DNA of 57,564 nucleotides, filler included, from Trypethelium eluteriae (taxonomy: Eukaryota), in assembly GCA_051942245.1 (NCBI GenBank). It is 2 parts of 2 records of this genome, joined end to end, with 100 filler letters (N's around TTAATTAATTAA, not from the genome) between each part and the next. Parts side by side here need not be neighbours in the genome. Positions count along the whole stretch, not along the records: positions 1 to 28,748 come from JAVECL010000302.1; 1 more part is not named here. The stretch is one strand, 5' to 3'. The notes under the pieces are model-generated. The model did not search any database. It was not told the origin of the DNA and was given only the letters and a program-made list of their open reading frames with translations. Made by a program: the position numbers and the translations under genes. This document shows positions 1-12,171 of the stretch, in pieces; position 1 is the first letter of the stretch, and the number at the start of each line of letters is the position of its first letter.

Positions 1-3000
1 CCCACACCCCCTCCATAACCACCTCCATATCCAGATCCATATCCATACCCAGCATAACCCGGCGTCCCCGGCAAGCCCGGCGTACCCAACCCACCCGCGT
101 TTCCTGCCGTGTACGCCGCCATCTGCGCCGCACGCACCGCATCGCGTCGCTCGCGCTCGCTGCGCTCCGCACTGGCGCCCGTGAGGCGACGCATGCCGCT
201 GCGGATGCCGCTCTTGGTGCTCGCGAGGGGGCGGCCGACTTTCTCGAGGAAGCCGTTGGGGGCCGTGGGCGTGGCGGCGGCAACAGCGGGGTTGTTGGTG
301 GCGATGCCGATAGGACCGCTAGAGACGGGGCCGCCGTTGCCGTTGTTGTAGTAGTAGTATGAGCTGGGTGGAGCGTTGGCAGAGGAATTTGAAGAGAAGC
401 TGGAGGTGTTCGTGTGGGGAGGATTGGCGTTGATGGTGGCGGCGGAAGATGATGCGGTGCTGTAGCTGGAGGCGGCTGTTGAGATCGTGGTCGCGCGGGA
501 GAGCATCTGTAGGTCGTCGTCCGAGAAGGGTTCATCGGTGGCTTCGTCGCCGGAGAGAGGCTCGAGGCTCGAGAATGAGCTCCCTACAGGCGGGCCGCGA
601 GTGTGGGATGTTGCTGGCGGGGAGGTTATCGAACGGCCACCGAGGCCAGGGCGAAATGAGGGGTTGAGGGTTGAGGTGGAGCTCAGCGTTGAGGCGGAAT
701 TCAGTGTTGAGGCCGAGTTGAGGGTTGAAGCTGAGGCGGGCGAAGATGTGAAGGCTGTCGGTGTCATAATGGCGTCGGTGCGGACAGTAGGATTCTTAAG
801 ATCGGCAAACCCAGTCTGGAATGAGGTAATGCTGGCATTTCGCGCGAGTGCTTTATGTAGGAGAGGGAGCGTCTGTTGTTCGTATATGTTTTCGTGGGAT
901 TCCTCATTAGCCCCAAATTGAGGAAAGGGCTGGCGTCCACTATTTTGCGGTTGCGTCACATCTATGGTGATGATAATGTCCCGTAGCCGGGCGAGCTCCT
1001 CGTATAGCTTCTCCGCTGTCTCATGAGGTCGAGGAGGAATGGCTTCCTCTGTCACATCACCGGCTGTCATGGAGGGAAAGTACGAGCCTTGATTGAATTC
1101 TTCCTTGTGGAATGGAATTTCTGGCGTTGGAATATCCTCGCTGCCTGTCGCTCCGACACTATGACAGGTATGTAACACTGCATGGACGTTGCTTCTGGTA
1201 TTAGCAGAATGTAAAGCAGGCATTGGGATTGACCATCCCGTCTCCTCAGGAATACCGTAAAGACTCTGGGTTTTGTCGAATTGCTTTCGGACCGCGGGAC
1301 TGGAACTGGAGCTCGCTATACTCATTCTGAGATGATGTTTGTCTAATGGTGTGCCTGTCATATAAAGGACGTGATCGAGACACTGCAGGGCCTGAACACA
1401 GTATTCTGTATGAAGTAGACGCAGTAATGGAGAGATCAAATCTGGGCCTTGGGACGAAATCTCCCGTTTCCGCATGTCAATATCAGGGAGGATGACACTG
1501 AGAATCTGGAGGACCTTTGCCTTGAACCATGGCAATTTGTTTGTCAGCAGACCCATCAGAAACACCAAGCTCTCGTATTCCAGCACTGGAAAGTAGATGG
1601 CGCGTATATCAGACACCAAATTGGCGAGGAAGTCTTGTTCAGAGCGATATCGACCTTGGGAGTAACCTTGCAAAGTCAATCGGAGCGTTTCATATCCTTG
1701 CGCGCCAGCCGCCGCAGCAAATTTGTCCGCTGTAATCCAAGTCGAAGGGTCTGTAAATGGCTGCGCAAATGAGCGAAGGTATCGGGGGAGATTTGCCAAC
1801 ATTGCGAAGAGAAGCCCACTGCCGTTTCCAACCACTTCATTCGAGGGCAGCAGAACTAATTGGCCTAAGACTTTCAGAGAAAGATCTAGGCTGGCGCTGG
1901 ACTTAAGGCCTCTGTACACCAGTGATTGCAAGCCTTCGAATTGTCCATCCCAATTCTTCGGTCTACTCTCTTTTAAAGCAGCGATGACACGTGGACTACT
2001 CAGATCCAGCCTTGCAAGGAGCTTTTCGAGCATCGAAAGGCATATCATGAATTCGCGTTCGTGAATCGTGCTAAGACATGCACATGTCGCCCAGAATAAT
2101 TGAGGGAAGCGAAGCAGATCCTCGGCGCCAAAGGCGTTGGCGACTGACAACAGGGTCGTTAGAATTTCCGTAGAGAAAGGCAAATATTCCGCTTCGTCGT
2201 TGGCAACAGTGTTTGACAATCTAGCGAGCATATCTGCCAACATCGATTGGTCGATTGAGGTGAGAAGACACCTGAACATCTGGAACGAACGGCAAGCCAC
2301 GTGGCGCACAGCGCAAGAGGTGGCCCATTGGAGAGTGACTCGGCTCCAATCCTCTTTGATGTTTGGGTATTGGATGGCGAAAACTTCAATGAGCTCCTCT
2401 GTAAGGAAAACCATGGCGTCGGGTACTTTGTTTTCAGTCTCGACACCACCTCTGCCATCACATTCCTGGTACGTCCAGGCAATTCGTGGATCATCTTGGC
2501 GAATCAGCTCAATGAGATTCTCGATGGCCGGTTTTCCTGGTCCTAATGTTGCATCGTCCATTTTGGAAATGACCAATTCATGGATTAAATGGACAACCAT
2601 CTCTCGAGCCTGGTCTTGGACCATGGGTGCATGATGGTCCCAGAGGCTGAGGCATACTTGTAAAAGCAGAGGCACATGCTCTTTGGGAAGTTGCACAGGA
2701 GAGACCACGAGGTCGACGAGTAGGATCAAGCATAGTTGACAAAGCGAGAAACCGGGCTGATAACAGTCAGTTGAAGGATGGCAGACGGGTTGAGAAGGAC
2801 TTACTTGGTTTCTCCCAAGCGGCAAAATCTTGTCCACATTGGCGAGGTATGGCAGAGTAGCCACGTCAGGTGGCTCTTTGAATGGTTGTGAGCTGTCTTG
2901 GACAATCATAGCGCTTGGGCTGATTTGAAGTAAGAGGAATTCGATGACCTTTACACCCGCCGGAGTACTTGAAAGGAAAACGACAATCTGCTTGGCAAAC

Positions 3001-6000
3001 TCGACGAAATTTTGTTCTTTCCTGTCAAGGCACAAGGAGATGATGAAATCCATAATGAGCTGGACATTTCCGCCATGCGGTCCGGTAGCAAGAGCTTGCC
3101 ATAAAGCTCTCACTTCGCTATGAAGGGAGTTACCATGTTCGACCGTGATCTCAAATAGATTAATCAAAACCATGTATGATGCAGCCGTTGGACCACCGTT
3201 AGGGTCAAGTTGAAGATGCAACTTTTGTACCCACGGCACCATGGCGGAGATCATATTGCGTTTATGGTCAGCCGCCATTTTCTTGAAGTAAGACGCAAAT
3301 TCGGAGAAGACATGGAACGCAAGCTGCGAGTGCTGTTTCGCTAACCTGCACGAGATCTCATACTGAGCGTGCCGGTAGACTGCAATGGTCTTGTCAGAGA
3401 CGCTGACGTCGAGATCCTGTAATCTTGAATTCCTTTGATGACGCTCCTCTAGTGCTCGCAGGAGTCTCGTGGACTTCATTCGGATATCACTGTGCTCATT
3501 GCCAAGGGTGTATAGGCCAACACAAGCTATAACCCAGAAGCTAATCGAGGGATCCGTATTCTCTGTAAGAACCTCGCAGACGACCTGGAAATAGCTCCCC
3601 ACAGCCTTCGCCGATACCGTTGTATAGCACATATGGATCGCCCGGTTCATCACGGAATAGTGCTGTGGATTGTGTACAATGAGATTTTTGAGGGCGCGGC
3701 GGCCGATGGTGTGCGTTCGATCACTCGGGGTGTCGAAGATTAGCTCGATCCATGAGAATAATCGAAAGACATCAAAGTTCATTTTAACCTTGCTGTCGGT
3801 CGTTATCATCAAAGGACCTCCCTATATCGTATCAGTGACAGATGTTTGAGAAATCGAGGATGAGACGTACACAGAGACTGGCCATGGCACTCAAAGCCGA
3901 AGTCCGCAGATCTCGCTTCTCAATCTCAAAAGCAGCTCGGGCATAACCCTTGGTTCCAATGGCCTGTTCCTGGAGTAGAATGGATCTTCTCATGTTTTCT
4001 TCTCTGTCCTTGGCGTGTTTTCTATCCGGAGCGTATCCACACCACTCCTCCATCAACTGAAATGTCGCCTTTCTTGACTGGAACGGCATCCAGCGCATGG
4101 GATCCCCTCGTTGATTGAGGCTTTCATAGAGCTCTTCAACCAACCCACAATAATGCGTTCGAAGTTTGTGAAAATTCCACACTTTTTGTACGTCATCGTC
4201 ATTAAGGAAAAGCCGTAAGTCTTTGGTATAGTTTGAAACATTATTAAGCATCCATTCGAACATATCGTTCCTCTGTACTTCAGGAGATTGTAGGAAATGG
4301 GCGGTGAGTTTGTAGATATGTGCAATTTCGGTACGGAGGGTATCATGCGCTAGCTGTGTTTGAGATCCACTAGCCGTGCGCTGGTGAGAAGCATTTCGGG
4401 CTTTAGCTTCTTCATTGCATGCATCGATGGGCTTCTGGAGAGACTCGAGCAGAGTGAGATAGAGGTTTGGATTTATCGAGCCTAAAGCCGCAACCACGGC
4501 ATCACGTACAAGCTCGTGCTCGGTGGTGAGAAAGGGAATGACCTGAGCAAAGAGCTCTTTGGCCGAGTTTACCTTGTTGCCACTGTGCTGGGACGATTTA
4601 GAGGAGTTGCGGCCGTGTTGAGTGCTGGACCCGTTGGACTTAGAGGGCGTGCCAAGATTCGTAAGTGTTGTGCAAGCGAAGATGAGATAGAGCTTCCACT
4701 GCTCGATGATGATGCTGGGCTGGGTAGAAGACATGCGGCCAACGATTCTGCCTAGCCCGATGTCAAAAGCAGGTCCCCCCGCAATCCGTGATCCATCAGC
4801 AACGGCTTGAAGGCTCTTGTTCATCTGCGAGAGACGCGCGCATACAATGTCCCGGGTCAAAGTGACCGCATTGAAACACACCTGGGCTGAGATACGGATC
4901 AGATTCGGGAATATTTTGTACCAGAGTGTTAGATCGTAGGGCGCATCGCTGCTGCAGAGCTCGACAAGAGTACTCTGAATGTTGCTCTTTCTCATCCCGC
5001 GCTGCAAGCGACTTCGCTCGGCAAGACTCAGTTTCGCATCGTTCACATCCAAGACCGAGGAAGGACTGCCTTCAATAATGCTTATGACTCTTGTGATATC
5101 TTTGACACCCAAAGCGGTATCAAATTCCACGACGCATCGCAGGACAGTGATTGCAAATGCTCTCACACGCTTTGACGGAGAGCATAGGAAAAACAATCCG
5201 TGCGACTCGACCTCATCGACATGGGCTGAGATACCCGAGAAATCCAACGGCGCAGCTCTTGTCTTAGCATCACCTGGGGATTCCAGGCCCGACTTCTTGG
5301 TCTTTTGCTTGATGTCATCGATCCATATTTGAAGGAGCTCCACGTACAGACTCAGGGTATTCTCGATGTGGTCTGGACCCAGCATACCGCCATCGGACAT
5401 GGTAGAGAACCGATCATCAAAATTGAAGATGAAGCGGGCGAACCCAATGGTCACCTGCTGAGCGTGCGATTCTCGGGCAATGGATTTGAGAGAGCGTGCA
5501 GATGAGGCTGCAACATTGCTTTGGACGTGTGCCGTCCCCGTGCACAACAGATTCACGAGGGAATTGAAGGGTATAAAAGGTGATAGGCAGCGGGGAAGTG
5601 CCTGGACTGCAACGTGTAGCAAGTCATAAAAGCTTTGTCGGGGATCCAGCGGCCCTTGATCATCCTTGCGCGTGAAGCTGAATGCTTCGGTCATTGGAGT
5701 TTTGGGGGTCTGACCGAAAAACCGCTCCTCAAGAACAGCCTGCCCTCCAAATGCGTTGTCACAGATTATAGTAATTTCCCCAAGGATCTTGCAGAACTTG
5801 ACATATGCGTCTTTTGTAGAGTCAGCGAAGTTGCTTGTGATGACTGGTTTGGAAAGTCTATCGCCGGCACTGCTGGCATCTGACACGGCAGATGGTGGGT
5901 CAAAGTTGAGTGTCGTCTTGTTTTGTCGAGTGATGGTCGGCTGAGTAGGCTCGTCATCGAATTTTAATGGAAATGGCGGGGGATCTCGAGCTTCAATATC

Positions 6001-8359
6001 TGCCATGAGCACAAGAAAGGCGCGAATCGCTATGACCATTCGGTCTGGAACCAGGGCTTCCACTCGCGGATCTTTCCCAGTGAGAAATTGATCCGAGTTC
6101 ATTAAGGGAAAAATGATTTGCCTGAAACAGAGATCTTGATACTGATATCCGATAATTCGGATAAGTTGGATGAGGGGTTCGGCGACGTGTGGCTCGGTCG
6201 ATATAAGTGGTCGTTTTGGAGCGTGAAAAATCATCTTTATAGTCTCGGAAAGATTGCGTACGACAGCGACTTGTGTGTCTGAGGCCGACTTGTAAAGATA
6301 TGTCCAGACGAGACGGCATACGCTCTTCAAAGCTACGACCCTTGACTCTCGGTCTTTCAGCTTGGGCTGCACCGACATGATGAGCGCCTGGACTTGGCTA
6401 GCAAATAAGTCTGGCGGAGCAGCACATAAACAGATAGAAAACATTGGGAAAGCATAGTTCCAGTGTTTCTGCTTGGCCAAGAGTTGCATGATCTTCGGTC
6501 TCGTCGTTTCCATCACCTCCCGCCATACAGGAGTGTTTCGTTCTGGCATGGCTGCGGCTGCTACCGGGAGTAGTAGTGCTTCGAATAGCTGGCAGTAGGC
6601 ATTCTTGATGTTGGCTCCATGGACAGCAGCAAACATTCGAGCCAGAGCTCGGACAAACAGACATGAACGTTCCCAGGCGTGTTCCGGCTGGAGTTTCAAT
6701 TTTATGTGCTTCATACCTTGGACAATCAAGGCGGCTCTGGCTTCGTCGTTGACATTTGCAACACCTTTGAAGTCCAGTTTCCGGTGATATTGGTCGAGAT
6801 CTAGAAGATATCTGTTGGTAACGCTCTCGAAATTCAAACTAGCCATGACACCTAGTAACTGCCCGAAGATGTTCCAATTGGCTTTTTTGAGCGGAGATTG
6901 TTCCAAGGACTGTGGATTTCCCATAACCAGTTGGGTATATATGATATCTTCGAGCCTTTCGGCATTCTCTTTGGTGAGGCACTCGAGGGTGCTCTGACGG
7001 AAGATCTCGATCAACACACGGCAGAGTAGGTAGACGGAGGCTTGAGAGCGACGTTCTAACTGATCTAAAAGATGGATAGTGGAGGAGGGTTGTGCTTGAC
7101 CGCGGTCTTCATCTGTTCGGCTTGCAGATCGAACGGATTGCTCAGTATTCCGGCGTGGTAAAGGGATATTTGTTGGGGGGGTGTCTCTCGACTACACGGA
7201 TTAGCCAACCAAACAAACAAATCGTAGAGTCGGCAACTCACCAGACCAAGCTCTGCTCGAGCTTGTGACGCAGCCTCACTCTTAGCCTTGCGCCAATACA
7301 TTAGGGTATCAATCAGCGGCTTTGGCTTCTGACGTGAGATGTGTCCGAGGGCGGATATTAGTTGGTCAAATTCAGGATCAGCTCCTGCCCCACATACTGC
7401 CTCTATGTGGGGTTCCAGTTGGCCTGGATGATGCACACATTGATTTATTTTCTGATCCGCATAAGCGACGAAGGAATTGAAGAGGTGGTGAATGGCGAAT
7501 TCTCCCACGGTCTTTTGTTCCAAAGCATGCTGATGAGGATGCCGGGACTGTGAGCGATGATGATCATGTCCTCTTCGCGTCTTGCTGCTATGCATACGCT
7601 CAGGTCTGCGGTGCGCTGTCCCTGTGTTCATGGTATTCATCGATGCATCAAAGGAGGCTTTTTCGGAGTTCGGAGTGGAGCCATTCAGAGTCGAGTGTGG
7701 GGTAGCCGATCTTATAGAGCTACTGGTGTTCGAGGTAAAGATGGAAGTAGGCGACATATCGATAGAGCCGTCTGGAGACATTGTGAGGCTATCCATGCCG
7801 TGTCCGCCACCGCCAGCAGCAGCAATCAGTGCTGGGCTCAGAGGACTTGCTAGTGGTGAGGCAAAGCTTGCATTTCGCGAGTGCTGAATACCGTGTACGA
7901 TGGAGGTATTGCGATGATGACCATAAGACAAGGACGGCTTGCGGTCCAAACCTGCATCCTGAGCAGTTCCTACTGGTATTTGTGCTCTCGGTGAGGTGGC
8001 TCGCATGCCCGCCGCTGTGATGGCCCGCCCTCGATTCAATGAGCCATCCCGGTACAGCTTGGCAGTGCCAGCGGAGGAAGGCACAGGGTTGAATGTATCC
8101 TGGGGATTAACTCCATTCGAGTCGTCGGTACCATTCACGGCGTCAGGATAAGGGCGAGCTTGCGAGGCTGGGGGAACAGCTGTGGTGTGAGCAGAGGTTA
8201 GCTTTGATTTGGGACGTTTGATTTTCTCCGACATTTCAAAGCGGGTCCACCAGGGCGAGGGCTGCCTGGAGGGTCCGAGTTTCGAATTTCGGACCCCATG
8301 CAGCGGATGTTTGTCGTCGCGAGGGGACGGGGAAAGCAGGAGAAAGAGCACTCACCCAT
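1..8359 (-). CDS. TAO3: Cell morphogenesis scaffold TAO3/PAG1/Mor2 (Furry family, RAM/MOR network); 3' end runs off the left edge
   Basis: Spliced model: exons 8359-8356 (ATGG), 8179-7242, 7191-3871, 3821-2805, 2756-<1. All introns are GT..CTRAY..YAG and keep frame. Recognised motifs: EFDQLISALGHISRQKPKPLIDTLMYWRKAKSE, LPRRNTE, IEQWKLYLIFAC, ALSAMASLCGGP, and C-terminal IRSGMRRLTG. The last exon is still open at position 1. Confidence 0.93.
667..738 (-). repeat. Coding tandem repeat, 4 x 18 nt, encoding (SASTLN)-like units in the TAO3 C-terminal region
   Basis: + strand units: agggttgaggtggagctc / agcgttgaggcggaattc / agtgttgaggccgagttg / agggttgaagctgaggcg. Confidence 0.8.
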
Positions 8360-8638
8360 CCCGCTAGGCTCGTGGTCGGCATCGGTCTTGGGAGGACTGT
8401 CTATCTCTCGAGTTCCTCCATGCTGGTGAAGAGTAAGCAGGCGCGTCGTCGAAGCAGGACCAAGGGCGACGAGGGGGATGCAGCAGTCTGCAGTCAAGGT
8501 GCGTTTGGTGTGGCCAATGGCGGGCCGGTTCCTGGCGTGCCTGGCAGCGACGACGACAGTCCGCCAATGTCCACCCACGGATTAGGCCGGACTAAGACTG
8601 CCCACGCTGCCCACCAGCCAAAAATCTAAGGTCACCTT

Positions 8639-8670
8639 TTCACGTCTTCACGTCTTCACGTCTTCACATC
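8639..8670. repeat. Tandem repeat (TTCACGTC)3-TTCACATC in the TAO3/CPR divergent intergenic region
   Basis: Read directly: ttcacgtc ttcacgtc ttcacgtc ttcacatc. Confidence 0.85.
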
Positions 8671-9984
8671 AAATTCAACAGTGCCCTTGGCTCGTCACAA
8701 ACTGACCCTTCCACGTCGCCAATTCTTCAACTTCCTCCACACGCTTGGTGTACTATCGACAGCGTCCATCTTTCTTGGTGGCTTCTCGCGCAGTAACAAG
8801 ATGAACCCCCTACGCTAATTGCTCTCTGCAGTCATTGTGTAGGAGACGATAGCCAGGAAAGGCCACCACCAGCGATGGATGCGTCATGCAGGTCAGATGG
8901 AAAGTTCGGAGAGTGAGTTGGATGAGTGAGGTAATGATGCGTGTATGACGCTCTACGTTATCTATCAATTCTCCGTGTTATTCAACTCTCACTCATGCCA
9001 TGCATCACATTCAGCCCACATGCCCAAATTTAGTCAGCCATCCTGGCTACGATAATTTTCACATGACATCACTCCTGTAATTGTGTTGAATGGTAGCCGT
9101 TCACACGCAAGGTGAGATCTCCAACATTAGCTGCCAACTGCAGGATGCATGTGTCAGACTTCCTGGTACTGCCCTAAGCCAAGCAGAGAAAACAGCTCGG
9201 CAGCCTCTAGAACATAACGAGATTCAGCGACGAACGCTGCATGTACCTACAATCCGTGTACTCCGTGCTGCAATTCACTACCTTAGTCTACTACGCGTGC
9301 AGATGCTCATTAGCCAATGATGCCGTCGTTCGCCCGCCGTCCAGCCGTCCATCCGCCCATCCGCTCTGAATGACCCGATGAGGCAAGTTTCGAGAAGGCG
9401 GGAGAAGCCGGTCGAGAACCCTGAAGCGGCACGAAAGGTGAAGAGGTGATTAGCGCTAATTAGAGCGCTAGAGGGTCAGAGAGTGGCGCGGATGTTCAGA
9501 GTTCAGACCCAGAACGCTCAAGTTCCGCCTCTCGGTGAGATTCCGACGAGATTTCTCAAATGCAGACTGAGCGTCGTGATCGGCTCCCCAATCTTTTTTT
9601 TTTTTTTTTTTTCTTTCTTTACCAATAGAGCCGACCTTTCAGAAATAATTTTTATACATGTAGACCAGGGTGTCGCGTATAACTCTGCTCATCCCTCCTC
9701 GTCCTAACGTGGGTGCCTTACTGCCAACAACCAGAAGTGTCACCGCTCAGCAGCGGTTCAGCCGCCAGCAAACCGGCAGACTACTGAAATCGCCTTCGTC
9801 ACCACTCAACCTCTGCCTACCTTCCTTCCACTTCTTTCCATAGCGGGGACTACGGAAAAGATAGAATACAGATCATCTTCTATAATATTGACGCATTTTA
9901 ACCCATTTCTGCGGAGATTCTGACCCTCAACCTCCTATCTCGGCGATCCCGATAGAGAATCACCGCTTCCCGCAAGAGGCCGCC

Positions 9985-12171
9985 ATGGCGCAACTTGACA
10001 CTCTAGATATCATAGTCCTGGTCGCGATCTTGGTAGGGACAGCCGCATATTTCACCAAGGGTACTTACTGGGCGGTGCAAAAAGACCCATACGCTGCCGC
10101 CTTCGCAAATGCCAATGGCGCCAAAGCGGGAAAGACGAGGAATATTTTGGAGAAGATGGATGAGACGGGGAAGAATTGCGTGGTTTTCTATGGATCACAG
10201 ACGGGCACTGCAGAAGACTATGCATCGCGATTAGCAAAAGAAGGCTCCTCACGCTTCGGCCTCAAGACCATGTGTGCAGATTTGGAAGACTACGAGTACG
10301 AGAATCTCGACACCTTTCCTGAAGATAAGATTGCCTTCTTTGTCTTGGCTACTTACGGCGAGGGTGAGCCAACAGACAATGCCGTGGAGTTCTATGAATT
10401 CATTACGGGAGAGGACGTCTCTTTTAGCGAAGGCGCTTCAGCGGAGGAAAAGCCTCTTTCCAAACTCAAGTACGTGGCATTCGGCCTGGGAAACAATACT
10501 TATGAGCATTATAATTCGATGGTCCGAAAGGTCGATGCTGCACTTGCTAAGCTTGGTGGTACACGGATAGGAGCAGCTGGTGAGGGCGATGATGGTGCTG
10601 GTACGATGGAGGAAGATTTCCTCGCCTGGAAAGAGCCGATGTGGAAAGCGCTGCAAGACACAATGAACTTGGAGGAACGCGAAGCTGTCTATGAACCTGT
10701 CTTTCAGATCGCAGAGAAGCCTGAGACAGACCCTGACTCTGAGGAAGTCTATCTAGGCGAACCCAACAAGAACCACTTGGAAGGCAAGTCTAAGGGACCA
10801 TACAATGCGCACAACCCGTATATTGCCCCTATCGCGGAATCTCGGGAGCTCTTCAACGAAAAGGATCGCAACTGCCTCCACATGGAAGTCGATGTCAGTG
10901 GGGTTAATCTTCCATACACTACCGGCGATCACATTGCCGTCTGGCCGACAAATGCTGGTAAAGAAGTGGACCGATTCATCAATATTCTTGGGCTGGAAGC
11001 CAAGAGGCACATGGTCATCATCGTCAAAGGTCTCGATGCCACAGCCAAGGTTCCCTTCCCATCACCAACAACTTATGATGCTGTTGTCCGCTACCATATG
11101 GAAATCTGTGCTCCAATTTCCCGTCAATTCCTTTCAACACTTGCCGCCTTCGCACCCAACGATAACATGAAGGCCGAACTAACCAAGGCCGGTAACGACA
11201 AAGACTACTTCTCAGATGCCGTTGCCAGCAAGAATCTCAACATCGCTCAATACCTTGAAATCCTCTCCAATGGCGCTCCTTGGGACAAAATCCCCTTCTC
11301 TGCCTTCATCGAAGGCCTCCACAAAATCCAACCCCGTTACTACTCCATCTCGTCCTCGTCACACGTTCAAAAAGATAAAATCTCCATCACCGCCGTCGTC
11401 GAGTCCTCTAGTTCTCCGGGAATGCCTCACGTCGTCAAGGGCGTCACTACCAACTACCTACTCGCCCTCAAAGAAAAGCAACATGGCGATCCGAATCCGG
11501 ATCCTAATGGTCTCAACTACGCCATTACTGGACCCCGCAACAAGTACGATGGTATCCACGTCCCCGTACATGTGCGTCACTCCAACTTCAAGCTCCCCTC
11601 GGACCCGTCCCGGCCAGTCATCATGGTTGGGCCAGGGACGGGCGTCGCGCCGTTTCGTGGATTCGTCCAGGAGCGGGCAGCAATGGCCGCGGCAGGGGAG
11701 AAGGTGGGCAAGACGGTGCTGTTCTTTGGATGTCGGAATCGGACACAAGATTTCTTGTATGAGAAGGAGTGGGAGGTAAGTCTGAGCCCTTGCCTGTGGA
11801 CTAAAATACTTTTCATCCCTTCTTCGATATCTCCGTGGTGAACTGCAAATATTTTACTAACGTGCTCAATTTAGGAATTTGGCAAGCAACTCGGCGACAA
11901 CTTCTCCCTCATCACCGCCTTCTCTCGCGAGGGCCCGCAGAAAGTCTACGTTCAGCACCGGATACGTGAGCACGCGGCAGAGATCAACGAGCTCCTGCAG
12001 CAAAAGGCGTACTTCTACGTCTGTGGCGATGCGGCAAATATGGCGCGTGAGGTGAACCAGGTCCTTGTCAAGATTTTGGCGGAAAAGAAGGGGTGGAGTG
12101 AGCAGAAAGCAGAGGAGGAGGTAAGGAGGATGAGGGCGGCGAATCTATACCAGGAGGATGTATGGAGTTAG
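9985..12171 (+). CDS. cprA: NADPH-cytochrome P450 reductase (~695 aa)
   Basis: Exons 9985-11775 and 11875-12171 (GTAAGT..ACTAAC..TAG intron). N-terminal membrane anchor, FMN motifs FYGSQTGTAE and ATYGEGEPTDNA, FAD motif RYYSISSS, NADPH motifs MVGPGTGVAPFRGF and YVCGDA, terminal YQEDVWS. Confidence 0.97.

Noticed and set aside
109..7887. Many + strand ORFs over TAO3, and similar antisense ORFs over CPR, MCM6, the NLR and GT90
   Set aside because: Shadow frames of well-supported genes on the opposite strand or frame; no recognisable motifs, and many start at non-ATG codons.
8234..8351. ORF-track N-terminus of TAO3 (MLFLL.../MSEKIKR...)
   Set aside because: Lies inside a canonical intron (GTGAGT..GCTAAC..CAG) whose removal gives an in-frame ATG-initiated product.
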